From assembly GCF_009914755.1 (NCBI RefSeq), contig NC_060926.1: DNA of 64,000 nucleotides. One strand, written 5' to 3'. Every line of letters starts with the position of its first letter. The stretch's first letter is position 1. A model generated the notes under the pieces. It was given only the letters and a program-made list of their open reading frames with translations, was not told the origin of the DNA and made no database searches. This document shows, piece by piece, positions 13,331-27,200 of this stretch. The translations under genes were made by a program, and so were the position numbers. The stretch comes from the human T2T-CHM13v2.0 reference genome, Homo sapiens.

Positions 13331-15224
13331 GCATAAAAGAGGAAAGGAAGAAAGGAAAAATAAAAAGAGGTGTTATATCCATCTATTCATATCCAATGAC
13401 CTGTCCAGATTCATCGTTAGGGCCACTCACGTGCAAGGTAAATGACACATATGAAACAAAATCTGTGGATAAGGAGCAGAATGATGAGTTGGGGGTAGAG
13501 CAAAGCGATAATAAAATAGGAGATTTGCCTTATTTACACAGACTTTAAATACGTGAGTTAAAAAGCCTAAACTTTCAGAGACAGAGAAAACAAATGTGGA
13601 AATACAGAAGAGTGTGATGTTGAGGCTGTCCACCCTAGCTGTGCCCTCCAAGTAGGTAATGTTCAGTACCAATCACTCTGCATTGACTTTTCACATAATA
13701 TCCGTGGTCATAAATGTGGAGACAGTTAGCAGGCTGCTAAACAGCAGTACATTCCAGGCAACAGGTTAGTCAATGCTTTAATTTTTGGCTGCAATAGCAT
13801 TCCATCAGGGAATTTACTATTAGAATTCTTTGACTTACTGTATTGATAACAAACTGCCCCTAAACCACTAACTCAGACCCCACCAACGTATTAGAGATAC
13901 TCCAAGAAATATTCCCTTTCATCGTCACTTTAAAAACAAAGATTCTGTACTTATACAAAAATGTCCAGGTAATTTGAGCCAGCATTAAGACCTGCTAAGT
14001 CTAGCCTTAACGAACTTTTCCATCTGAAATTTCACCAATCCCTAACTTCTGTTCCATCAAGACACCCCTAACTCTTAATGAGCCATACACAAACTCTCTG
14101 TTCTAGAATCCTTCAGTTCTTACACGTATCAGTGAGTTTTACAGTTTCTGTTAACAGAAGGACTATTTTTTGTTGTGTAACTCTTATTGCAAAAGTGTGA
14201 AACGTAGATGTGGTAGGATAGCTCTGGAAGAATGGGAGGCATTGGGAGTAGGGTTGAGTTCTACCTTGATGCTGTTTTTACAGCAACTATTTCAAAGCCC
14301 ATTGGAAAAAGAAAAAAAAATAATAATCAGAAAATCTGTGTCTAATTTTAGATTGAGAAAGCCGTGTGAGTTTCACCAACTGAGCTCACCTATCTCACTT
14401 AATTTTTTGAATACGCAAAATGAGGGAAAGGGACAAGGAGATTTCTAAGGTAATTTCTAGTCATAGAATTATTTAGAGTGGATATAATTTATTATATTGG
14501 TAATTTCCACGTTTATACATTAAAAATGGGTTTCTGCACCAAATACTTAGGCAAAATGTCTCTAAAAACATTTGTTGAGGCGCATGGGTTCATGTGGCTT
14601 AATGTTATAGAAAGAGACTGTTCTATTCATTTAGGGCATTGATTAGTTACTGACTTGACACAAGAAAAAAAAACCCTGTAATTAATAAAGAAATAGCTAT
14701 TAATTCTACATCCTTAAGTAAAAAGTGCAACCAGATTCCCATTTATGTGTATGTTTTTTCTTTCCTTATTTGACACCATTTGATCAAAATATTTTATTGT
14801 TATGCCTCAGACTATTCAGCAGGCTCAAATAAATATTGGATTCCCCAGGTATAAAACGATTTTTACCCTTCAAAGGGACCTTGCCAGGTTCCAGCAACCT
14901 GCTCCTTAGGCAAAGGAAATGTCTTTTTCTGCACATAAATTTTGAGTTGATAGAAGCTAAATTGAAATGACATTTTAAAATTTAAAATTAGTTTTAATAA
15001 ATCCAATATTGACCGTGTACTACTTGGGAGGAACTAATGCTTGAAAGATCAGAGATCAGTCCGTCCTTGGAGACACCTTGCTTTTTCAGTCAAAAAGGAT
15101 ATCTATTTATTTTGGTTTCTCAAATGTGAAATTGAGAATCAGAAATAACAAGTTGGTAAAAATAATATGCTTTTCTTTTTAACTTTTTCAAAGTACTCCT
15201 GTATGATGAAATCTAATTCTCAAA

Positions 15225-17340
15225 ATTGTTAAAACTTTTAAAGTGAACTACAGTATAAAGTTAAGTGTACTAATCTTGTGTATGAGTTTTTAAAATGTAT
15301 AAACATCTATAACGATCACCCTGATGAAAAAACATTAGCACAACAGAAGCTTTCCTTGTAGTTTCTTCTGGTAAACTCCTAACTCTTAAAGGTGATCTCT
15401 AATGAGACTTTTAACATCATAAATTAACAATGTCTTTTTGTGTACTTCACATTAAGAGTTATATAGTATGTGTTGCTTTTCATCTGGTTTCTGTTACTCT
15501 ATATTATGCCCATCCAATATATTTATATTGTTTTGTGTAGCAGAACTTTAAAATTTTTATTGCTGGGTTATAGTCTATTAATTAATAAAGCACTATTTAT
15601 CCTACCATTGATAAGCAATTGGATTGTTGTTAGTTTGAAATTATTGTGAATAATGCCTCTATCAATGGTCATGTACATAAATTTTTAAAAAATATGAATA
15701 GATTCCTTATATGAAGTGAAATTGTGTGTGTTTAATTTTAGTGGTTACTACCAAAAATTTTCCAGAGTTAAGATTGTAATATTGATTTTATAAGCTCACC
15801 ACCAGTGCCAACAGTAATACTATTATCCTATTATCAGTGCATTTAAAAAATATTTTTAATTTAAATATGTGCATAATTATATCTTCTTTGCTTAGTTTTA
15901 ATTTCCTTAATGTAAGTTATATGATCATATTTTTGTGTTATTTTATATAACCTATCTCTTGAATATTTAAATTGTTAATTTTATCTTCCTTTCTAAAATT
16001 TCCAGAATTTCTTTCGTTTCCTGGAATTCTTTACATTTCCAGAATTTTTTTTTGTATCTTCTGAACATATTAAGCATAGTTATTTTAAAGTTTATTTCTC
16101 ACAGCTCCAACATTTAGCTCACTATTAGATCTTTTCTCTGTTATTTACCTTGGATTTTTTTAGTCATTTGGTTTGTTTGTTGGCTTGCCTGTTAATCTTT
16201 CACTAAATACCAGATATTTTATGCTTTGAGTAATGCTCTTGTACTCCAGAGAGGGTTAAATTTTACTCTGGCAGGTAGATAAATACAAGTAAAACATCGT
16301 ATTCCAGTGGAGTCTGTATTTCCAGTTACCCCTGGGCTGGCCTATTGTAGGCTGCCCTTATTTCTAGGGTAGAGTTCCCATTCATACTGTGTATTCTGGG
16401 GTCTCACTTGAAATTCTTCTTCTCTCCTTTCTTCTCTCCTCCTTTTCCTTCCTTTCCTTCCTTTCCTCCTTCTCTCCCTTCCTCCCTCCTTTCTTTTTTC
16501 TTTTTCTCTCTTTTTTTTTTTTTTTTTGTTGTTGAGACGGAGTCTTGTTCTGTTGCCCTGGCTGGAGTGCAATGGTGCGATCTCAGCTTACTGCAACCTT
16601 CCGCCTCCTGGGTTGAAGGGATTCTACTGCCTCAGCCTCCCAAGTAGTTGGGATTACAGGCGCCACCACGCCCAGCTAATTTTTCTATTTTGGGTAGAAA
16701 AGGGGTTTCACCACGTTGGCCATGCTGGTCTTGAACTCCTGACCTCAGGTAATCTGCCTGCCTCAGCCTCCAAAAGTGCTGGGATGACAGGCATGAGCCA
16801 CCATGCCCAGCCTGTCTTTCTTTTTACCACCTTGACCCGTCCTGAATTCTAACTTCTTAGTATTGAGGCTGCCAAAATATCTTCTCAGCTTTTTAGCCCT
16901 TCGGGTATTGCTTTTTACTTTCTAGGAGTCTTACCTCGCACATAGAAAGTTTAAGGACTGGGCAATGCCTAAAAGGAGAAATCATCTACAACATTTCAGA
17001 CTCACTTATTTTTGGCATTTGCATCTGGTATTTTGCCCCTAAGTCTTTGTCACCCTGGGAGCCTTCAACTCCAGACTGTGTCTCCCCAGCCCACTTTGAG
17101 GTACCCAAGTCTTTAGGTCACCATGGCCTCCATATACCTATAATGTGAACGGCATATTTTTGAAGGCAAAAGCAAGTGAATAGGGGCTCCCCTTGGTATT
17201 CTTCCCTTCTCATGCCTGCCCTGGCTATTTTCTTACGCCTCCAAACAGCGACTTAATGTATTTTATTAATCCTTTATCATTTTTCTCACCGGTAGAATTA
17301 ATCTCTTAATCTTTAGTTTCGTTATCATAATTGAAAGTGA
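15225..17340 (-). mobile_element. Ancient L1ME fragments (3'UTR then 5' region), interrupted by an Alu
   Basis: 'aagtgtactaatctt...tatagtatgtgttgcttttcatctgg', 'gaacatattaagcatagttattttaaag'. Confidence 0.6.
16410..16812 (-). mobile_element. AluS with ~120-bp degenerate purine-rich tail
   Basis: gagacggagtcttg...catgcccagcc preceded by a C/T low-complexity tract. Confidence 0.93.
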
Positions 17341-18240
17341 GAGTGCGTTTTTGAAATGTGTGTGGCAAACATTATAGTGCTTATTTGAAACACAGAAGAA
17401 ATAAATAATGAAGAGAAAGTAACCATTTCCTATGATCACAAAGCAAGACTTTTGTGGACCAGGAATTCGAATTCCAGTTTCAAAACTTCTGATCTCAGCA
17501 CTTTACATCCTACAGGTTTGAAATAAAGCTGAACTTCCATGGTTCAATTTGTATCAGATTATATGTTAGAGGAAAATTAAAGATCCAACAATCTTAGCTT
17601 GTAGCAGAATACAATTTTGAGTGTAACCTTATGAATGCCTACTTAAAGGAAAAATTCTCCTTGAATTAGCAAATACTGATAAAATCCACAATTAGGGAAA
17701 AGACATGTATAGAAGAGTGTGGAAATAAAAATTACTTCTAACATCCCTTTCAATGAATTCTAGCACATTTTTCTTGTCCACAAGTGATAGGACAGAAATA
17801 TTGACATAAATTAATGCATCCATAATATCCAAACCAGTGGCTGAGAAGTGGAGCTTTTAAGTGAAAAGGGCATTCATTTTATGACATGTTGTAATGCTCT
17901 ATGTGACTTGCATTTACTATCTCATAAGTATTTTGCAATGACACTGTGAGGTAGTTCCAGTGTTCTAGGGAAAAAAAGGAAATGGATGCACAGATATGGT
18001 TTCAGGAATTTAACAGGGATAATGAAGAATTCATGACAAATGCCAGAAATGAATCTCAAAATTTTTGTGTCAGTCTCAGCCTCAGACCCTTTTTGCTGTA
18101 TTTAGAAAAGCTGAATGTATTAGAAATACAGCCGAAGAGTTCTGCCTTGCCCCGTGCCTCTGAATTTGCCCTCAGGCATTTGAAAATACAAAATGAACTG
18201 CATAAGGAAAGGTTTCTGAAGTTTAAGATAAAAATGCTGT

Positions 18241-18418
18241 GGGAAATACCTACTATTTAAAGCATAAGTGGAATGTGCTTCTTGTATGATTTCCATGGCA
18301 CTCATAGAAACTCATTCCCTCTGCATAGCTGCTTTCTCTCATCAGGAATTTGGGAAGTTCCCAATGGGAATTTCACAGGAGCATAGGGAACATCATTTAC
18401 ATAGCTCTTAATGCAAAT
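18241..18418. promoter_or_regulatory. Candidate enhancer: NF-kB sites plus octamer
   Basis: GGGAAGTTCCC 18352-18362, GGGAATTTCA 18366-18375, GGGAAATACC 18241-18250, ATGCAAAT 18411-18418 in apparently unique DNA. Confidence 0.35.
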
Positions 18419-19869
18419 GATATCCCTGAAGTTGTTACATTAGCCTTGGGATCAAGCATGGTTCTCTTCCCAATAAAGGCCCCAGCAACTCCCCTCCTTT
18501 TAGTTGTCAATGCTTTTCTAAGCATGTAAAATCTTCACAATGTTCAACAACTGTTCATGAGATTTTCTTCCATGCAAAATATTTATGAGATGTTTGAAGG
18601 CCTCCAAACTATTAGAATTTCAAATTTTTACAAAATACAGAATTGGAAAGATTGAGTCTCTTCCTTGTGTAATGTACTGTGTTAGAGAAACCCCAAAGCA
18701 GTGATGCTTGGTCTTGAATGTGACAGAAAGCAGACCCTGTCCACTCAGTGGGTATTAATCTTATACTACCTAGATTACAAAATATTCACTGTTGACAAAA
18801 CAATGATGCAGTCGTCATTTCACTTCCCCTCTGATGAACAACCCATTTCAATCTCTTGGCTCTGGATAGGTGTTCTTCTAATTTGCTTTTTAGTGCCATT
18901 GCAGGAAATTACTCTCAGAATAGCTCAGCAATGTCAAATAAAGGCTCGAAATATCTGAATTTCTTAAACTCCAGTTGGAACATTCCACTATAGAAATCAT
19001 AATTGATTTCATCTGCAGATTAAAGAGCCTGGCCAGAAAACAACTCTGCAAAATAAAACAGAATGCTCATATCAGAGCCATATATTTGGTCATTGTAGTC
19101 ACAGAAACAGATCTTCAAGGATGGCATAGCCCTTCACCTTGTAACTAGACCTCATTTTCCAATAACTGATTTATCTAGAGATAGTAATGTATTTTATTGA
19201 TTTGAATCATTAAGTTTTGAATTATTATAGCAATTTTTTTTTCACTGAGCCTAGTTATAAACTGTGTATAATTTGGTAAAAATTGAGTTCTCCCTTTCAA
19301 TAAAAGCTTTCTTTCTTTGTATAGAAAATTGGATTACATTGTACTAGAAGAAAGTTTTAGAGCACTAGGCTAAGCAAGAACTATTTAACACTTTCCTTGA
19401 AACATTTGAATGTTCAAAAATTACCATTTCATAGGTTTTCTGATCCTCCAAAAAAGAATGATTCAAATAATTGCTACAGTTTTTTTCCCTTAAGTGTGGC
19501 TCACTCGTAGTATGCTATTATTCTGTCACAATAAAAGGTTAAAAAAAGGCAGTGGTAAATTTCTGAAATTAGCCCTCTTATTTTGCTTATGAGTTCAGAA
19601 AAGATCAGGATTTTTGAAAGTGCATTTTGTTCAGAAATGAAAATACTTAAGAAAAGGGGTGGGTGGGGGAAGGCATAATGTAGTTAGGATTTTACTAGCA
19701 AATGTTTAATTTGGATTGAATAAATATAATTATTTTGTGAGCAACAGATGCACAAATGAGTTTGTGCTTTAATGCCAACTGCTTTAAATCTAATTTTTAT
19801 ATAACTTTTGAGATCTAAATGTCTAGATTTTATCTTATTTTTATTTTGACCAAAATAAACACTACTTGC

Positions 19870-20188
19870 TGCTATGGGCTGAATATCTGTGTTCCTCTAA
19901 AATTGAGGTCTAATCCCCAAAGTGAGGTATTTAGGGGCAGGGTATCTGAGAGGTGATTAAATCATGAGGGTGGAGTCCACATGAATAGGATGAAGCACTG
20001 AAAGAATCTGAAGAAACTAGAGCTCTCTCTGTCAGCCATGTGAAGATTCATCAAGAAGGCAACTTTCTTCAGACTTCAAATATGCTGGCTTGGACTTCCC
20101 AACTTCTAGAACTATAAGAAATGTATATTTGCTTTTTAAGCCCACACAGTCCATGATATTCTTCTTTACAGCAGCCTGAACTAAGACA
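19870..20188 (+). mobile_element. MLT1A-like solo LTR
   Basis: tgctatgggctgaat...gcagcctgaactaagaca termini. Confidence 0.85.
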
Positions 20189-21019
20189 CCAGATTTAAAA
20201 ACTTGAAAATTGGTGACACAGTGGACTCAAAATAGCAAATGGGATCCTGCTAGACATAATATTTTTTGTTGGAAGCTGATCAAAAACAGATTATTTCATA
20301 TCTGGGGATATGAAATATAACAGGGAGTAATTTAATGTTTAGTGAGATAGACAGTGGAAATCAACCTCCTTTTAAACAAAATCATCTAAATCTGTGTTTC
20401 AAGGGGTCATCATTGCTTTGAAAGTCCAACATTCTTGAGAAGAAAATAATAACAGCCACCAAGGTACTATGTAGCTTATTGCAGAATTCAGATATGAATT
20501 GGAATTGCTCTGAAACATATTGGCATGTTTTCATATATGAAGACAAGTATTTCTTAAAGTGTAGAAAGTATTTATAGAAATGTTTGAGGGCATAGTCATG
20601 GCAAAAGAAAATTTCACTCTAACTTCAAATATAGCCCAGCTTAACATGAAGAGAGCTATCCTCTGATGAATGGCCATTTGTATGTACTTCGCAACTTTTT
20701 AAAATATTTTATAAATACAGTAGTCTGGTAGCCTCTTTCATGGGTACACAAACTTTTTTTATTTATTGTGAAATACCATGCCTAGTGGTGTCTAACTAGT
20801 GGGATGCAGTCACAACCATGAGCTCTGTATTTGTGTTTTTACATTTTGTCTAACCCTTTGGGGTTTCTTTATTAATTTAGACCCCATAACTCAATTTCCT
20901 CCTTACTAACATTCTCTCAATACGTTTGCATTTAATTTCAATCACGAAAATATTTTCTTGTGTGTGAACATTCTAGCCAGAGGTTTCTTAAGTCTTCATA
21001 TTTTCAATGAGTCCTATAG

Positions 21020-21362
<343 letters not shown>

Positions 21363-21363
21363 G

Positions 21364-21373
21364 ATATATATAC

Positions 21374-21445
<72 letters not shown>
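21364..21445. repeat. Compound (TA)n(TG)n(TA)n(T)15 microsatellite
   Basis: Read directly; abuts the AluY 5' end. Confidence 0.95.
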
Positions 21446-22059
21446 GTCCCATGATTTACCAAGCTAGTGCTGAATGGTCCGGGCTGGGAATAAAATACTG
21501 CTTTCTGTCCTCCACATAAAGGTGGAAATTTATTCAAAATCTTTCTTCAAGATGTGTTTTATCACCTCTACTAAACTGTAAACTAGGTACAGTGTATCCT
21601 GGTATCTTACTGTTTCTTCTTGGGAGCTAGTGAGAGAACTATGCCTATTTATTAAACATTTAAAAAACAGCCAACATAAGATTAATGGAGATATCATTAA
21701 ATATTAATCTCTTTAACCCTTTAGCTAATACTTCACATAAAAAAATTGTATTATATATTCCGTATATTCAGGTTTCATGGTATTTAAATTCATGATCACA
21801 CTGTCTCATGTTAGGATTTCCCCTGTTGTTTCAAGTTCTGGACCTTCCAAAATACATGAGTTTATCAAGATCATGTTAATTTAGATGTTATGGCCAAATT
21901 TTGGTGGTTTGGGTTGCCCAACTGTGCAAATGTCAGAATAGGGATAGTCTCTTATCTTTGTTCTGCCTAATGCCTACAATAAGGTATTTACTCATTTAGT
22001 TTTTCTTTACCTACTGTGCTCTGTGCCTTCTTCCTTCCTTTTTTCCCACCAGTAATTAC

Positions 22060-22480
22060 TTTAAAGGTTTATTGTGCACTGAGGACAGAACATCCAAAAA
22101 TGGTTTAAGCAGAGGCCAGACTTTCCAGAAGCTCAGGAGGTAATGAGGGGCTCCAACTCTGGAGTCAAATCTGTCTGTGGTGGAGTGGTTTAAAGGAAGA
22201 TGTGCTACCTGACTTACTAGGGAATTTGGGAAAGATTCCGTTAAAAGATGCCACTGAAAACAGGTCTTGAAAGGTGAATAAATTTGCTTAGGATGGAGAA
22301 TGTATGGAAGGTCTTCCAGGTGGGAGCACAACAATTACAAAGCAGCAGAAGCATGAAAGAACACAGGACGCTAGGAGAAATAAGCCACAGCTGATGTGCG
22401 GGCTGGCGTGACCTTGTTCTCTGATCACAGAGGAGGAGTGGAAGGGAGATGACACAGAGGGGGTTGCCAGCATGGGACAT
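22060..22480 (-). mobile_element. L2 fragment
   Basis: 'ggtcttgaaaggtgaataaatttg...ttccaggtgggagcacaac..caaagc'. Confidence 0.65.
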
Positions 22481-23626
22481 ATTAATAGAAGTTTCCTTTT
22501 CACATTCTACTCTGAAACCAGTTGATTGATAACTATTTTTCCTATAAATTGCTCCAGGATCATAAAAAGTGAGCTGAGATTATGAAGCAAATAATTTTCA
22601 GAACAGGAATAACACAACCACAAAACATACTTTCAGGACTGACATGCCATTCTTCATTTAAAAAGCAATCCTCTAAAATAAATTCCTTAAAAGCAATTAC
22701 TTTAAAAAAGATAGAATATAGGTACATGTGACGCTTTAGCTTAGAATGCATGGCTCTCTATTCCATCCACACATTGAGTAGAACCAGCTAATCAAATCTG
22801 TTTTGCCCAGTGAACATTCTTTTTTTAAAAAATGGTATCCTTTCTCTTGATATATGGGTTTCCTTTGTTGTTAGTGGTGGTTCCTTGTCAAGATATATCA
22901 TTAGAAAAGTTTTGTTCTTGTCAGTCTAATCCCCTTGGAATATCAAACAACCCATGGAAATCGTATACCCATTAGAATTAAAGGCTAAGCATCATTAATA
23001 GGTTGCATGGACAGGTGTATTTCCTATTTTCTTCCACTCTTGGCTGTGGTATCTAATTAGACAGCAACATTTGTGCTCTGAGAAGAGCTTCAGGATGGTA
23101 CTCATTGAGATAAGAGCCTTATGGTGCTGGAAATTCCTGTTGCTACAGTGAATAAAATAAAATTAGAAATGTTATAGTGATCATATGCATGTACACTTCT
23201 CTTCAGGAAGATTTAGATCAGTTTTTCTCATGCTTAAGTAGTACATGATATCTTCTAAGGGAGAAATATATCTGTATGTGTATGTGTGCCTAAGTACATA
23301 TGTATATGTTTATAAAATTCAAACTTGAGAACAAATATGTAAAACCTAAGTTGAGAACACTTCATTAAAAGGCAAATTCTGACCTCTCTTTCTGGCCACA
23401 ATAGGATAACAGACACAAAACAGCTAACACTGGACAATACATGTATTACAATCATTTTTAGGCTTTGGGCATTGAGAAATGCAGGACAATGACACTTTTG
23501 ACAGAGGATATCAGTGAGGTGAGCCCACGATTTCCCAGTTTATTACCTAGGGGGAGTTTGCAAACTAAATGATAAGTATTAGGATTCCAGGTGGAGGTCA
23601 GAGGTAGCTCTTGTTTAAAGATGGTA

Positions 23627-24004
23627 CTAGATTGCCTTTGTAGGACTAACATTACCCACAAGATTGGAAATTATGGTTTAGGAGTCATGCAGCTGGATGC
23701 TTCAAGATTCTGACCCTCCCTGAACTGCTCCTAAGATCATTACTTGAGATATTTTGCAGACTCTGCACTTGATGGATTAGCTGGCACCACCCAGATCAAT
23801 AAACTGGGTCATCTGATCTTGTGGCCCCCACCCAGGAACTGACTCAGCACGAGAAGACAGCTCTGACTCCCTATGATTTCATCTCTGACCAATCAGCACT
23901 CCCGGCTCACTAGCTTCCCCCCAACCACCAAGTTATCCTTAAAAACTCTGCTCCCCAAATGCTTGGAGAGACTGATTTGAGTAATAATAAAACTCCAGTC
24001 TCCC
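23627..24004 (+). mobile_element. LTR8 (ERV1) internal fragment lacking both termini
   Basis: Strong match to remembered LTR8: 'ggtttaggagtcatgcagctgg...ggcccccacccaggaactgactcagc...gatttgagtaataataaaactcc'. Confidence 0.85.
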
Positions 24005-24005
24005 T

Positions 24006-24082
24006 GAGGAAGGAGGGAAGGAAGGAAGGGAGGGAGGGAGGGAGGGAGGGAAGGAAGGAAAAAGGAAAGGAAAGGAAAGAAG
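24006..24082. repeat. GGAA/GGGA polypurine tract
   Basis: Read directly. Confidence 0.9.
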
Positions 24083-24315
24083 ATGGAGCAGAGAATCTAA
24101 AGTGAGGCACAGCAGGTAGAGATTACAGCAGTGTAAGAGAAGAGAGATCTGCAGAGGATAACCCTGGCATCTTTACCTGAGTACTGATCAGTGCATGCAG
24201 GTAAGACAATCACTAAAGCTGAGAAAAGACCCACTCCAAAAAGTTTAGAGGGAATGATTTCTTCTTTCTTCTTTCTTCTTTCTTCTTTCTTCTTCTTCTT
24301 CTTTCTTCTTCTTCT

Positions 24316-24347
<32 letters not shown>

Positions 24348-24887
24348 GAGGTGAAATTCCCACAACATAAAATTCACCATTTAGAGTGACTAATTCAGTG
24401 GCATTTACCACTTTCACAGTGTTGCACAATCACCACCCCTATTTGGTTCCAAAATATTTTTATTCCCCTCCATAAAAAACCTCGTACCCATTAAACTGTT
24501 ACTTCCCATTCTGCCTTTCCCACCCCCAACTCCTGGCAACTACCAGTATGCTTTCTGTTCCCACAGATTTTCCTATTCTAGCTATTTCACATAAATGGAA
24601 TCTAATAATATGTGGCCTTTTGTGTCTGACTTCTTTCACTTACCATAATGTTTTTAAGGTTCATTCACATTGTAGCTTGTATCAGTACTTCATTCCTTTT
24701 TGTGGCTGAATTATATTCTACTGTATGTATATACCAACTTTTATCTGTTCATCTGGGGATGAATACATGGGCTGTTTCCATCTTCTGGCTATTGTGAATA
24801 ATGCTATTATCAATGTGTGTATACATGCACTTGTTTAAGTACCTCGTCTCAATTATTTTTGGCTATAATTGCTGGGTCATATGGTAA

Positions 24888-25202
<315 letters not shown>

Positions 25203-25512
25203 TTTTCATTTTTTTTTTTTTTTTTTAAGAGACAAGGTCTCACTGTCACTCATGCTGGAGTGCAGAGGTGCAATCATTAACTCACTGTAACCTCTGACTC
25301 CTGGGCTCAAGCAATCCTCCCACTTCAGCCTTCAGAGTAGCTTGGACTGCAAGTACATGCCACCACACCCAGCTAATTTTTAAAAATTGTTTTGTAGAGA
25401 CAGGGTCTCACTGTGTTTCTCAGTCTGGTCTCAAACTCCTGGCCTCAAGCAATCCTCCCACCTCGGCCTCCCAAAACATTGGGATTACAGGCATCAGCCA
25501 CCATGCCTGACC
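25203..25512 (-). mobile_element. AluJ
   Basis: 'ctcctgggctcaagcaatcctccc', 'gagacagggtctcact'. Confidence 0.92.
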
Positions 25513-25625
25513 TATGTTTTACCTTTTGAGGGCTGCAAAATGTTTTCTACAATGGCTGAACAATTTTACATTCCTACCAGTAAGGTACTAGTGTGTGAAT
25601 TTCTCCACATCCTTGCCAGCAGTCT

Positions 25626-25750
25626 TCCCTCCCTCCTTCCTTCCTTCCTTCCTTCCTTCCTTCCTTCCTTCCTTCCTTCCCTCCTTCCCTCCCTCCCTCC
25701 CTCCTTCCTTTTCCCCCTGCCTCCCTCCCCTCCCTACCTCCCTCCCCTCT
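25626..25750. repeat. (TTCC)11 plus (TCCC)n polypyrimidine tract
   Basis: Pure TTCC run 25637-25680. Confidence 0.95.
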
Positions 25751-25799
25751 TTCAGTCTGTGGCTCTCTCTTGCACATGTGCGCTCTCTGTCTCTTTCTT

Positions 25800-26078
25800 G
25801 TCTTTTTCTTTTCTTTTCTTTTTTTTTTTTTGAGATGGAGTCTCACTCTGTCAGCAGTTGGAGTGCAGTGGCGTGATCTTGGCTCACTGCAACTTCTGCC
25901 TCCCGGATTCAAGCAGTTCTCTGCTTTAGCCTCCCAAGTAGCTGGGACTATAGGCTGCACACCACCATGCCCAGCTAATTTTTGTATTTTTGGTAGGGCA
26001 GGGTTTCACCGTTTGGTCAGGATGATCTTGGTCTCTTGACCTCGTGATTGGCCCGCCTCGGCCTCCCAAAGTGCTGGG
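25800..26078 (-). mobile_element. 5'-truncated AluSc-like element
   Basis: Stops at 'caaagtgctggg'; 14-bp TSD tctgtctctttctt (25786-25799 / 26079-26092). Confidence 0.92.
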
Positions 26079-26559
26079 TCTGTCTCTTTCTTTATGGCCA
26101 TCCAAAGGGTATAAAATGATCCCTCTTGTGGTTTTGACTTACATTTCCTTAATGACTAATAATGTTGAGCAAGTTTTTTGTGTGCCTATTGACTATTTGC
26201 ATACCTTATTTGAAGAAAATGTTTATTCATGTACTTTGCCTATTATTGATTTGGGAGTATTTTTGTTTTTTAATTGTAAACATTATTTATATATTCTAGG
26301 TACTAGATCCTTATCAGATGTATGATTTGCAAATATTCTTTACCACTCTATAGGTTATCTTTTTATATTATGCACAAATGTTTTTAATTTTGATGAAGTA
26401 CAACTCACCTATTTTTTGTTTTGTTACTCATGCTTTTAGTGTCCTACGATTCCATTGTCAAACCCAAGGTAATAAACATTTATCCCTATGTCTTCTTCTA
26501 AGAGTTTTATGGTTTTAGTTCTTACATTTATATCCCTGATCTATTTTGAGTTAAATTTT

Positions 26560-27200
26560 GTAGGAGAAATAATTATTAGCACTATACAAGGGAAGAAAAT
26601 GTCTTTTTCCAGTGATCAGAGTAGAAAATCTCATAACTGGTAGGGTATAATTACTTTGAAGTATATTCAGTGTAGATAAAGTTAGCCTTAGACAAAAGGC
26701 TATTTGTATCCTGCTTAAGAGAGGTTAAAGGAAGCTTTGGAAGAATTAAGCTGTTTCCAGGTAATTAAACTGCGTCATAGAACAATGGACAGGTATATTT
26801 AAGGAAATAAAAAGCATCAAAAACCCAACAAACTAAACTTCTCAAAATCAAATCAGTAATGTAAAGAAGCAGGAAAATTTGACCTACAATGAAGAGAAAA
26901 GTCAATTGATATAAAGAAAATTACTGAATTACTAGGCAAATACATTAAAATAATTTGTTTTAATAATTGTATTCCACATGTTCAAGAAGTAGAATACAGA
27001 AGTGGTTCAATAAATAAATGTTATAAAAATACTCAAATCAAACTTTTAGAAATGAAAAACTTTCATGCCTGAGATGAAGACACTGAATGGAACTGTTAGA
27101 AGATTTGACAATGTAAAAGAAAAGATTAGTGAACTTGAAGAAACAGCAATTGAAAGTACCCAAAATGAAACACAAATGGAAAAAAGCCCTAAAATGTATG
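26560..27200 (+). mobile_element. Ancient L1M 5'UTR/ORF1 start (continuation of 23490-24255)
   Basis: 'aagaagcaggaaaatttgacc...aaagattagtgaacttgaaga'. Confidence 0.7.

Larger units (their letters stand above)
23490..24255 (+). mobile_element. Ancient L1M 5'UTR (interrupted; continues at 26560)
   Basis: 'agatctgcagagg...ctgagtactgatcagtgcatgc...aagctgagaaaagaccc' resembles L1MC/MD 5' ends. Confidence 0.55.
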
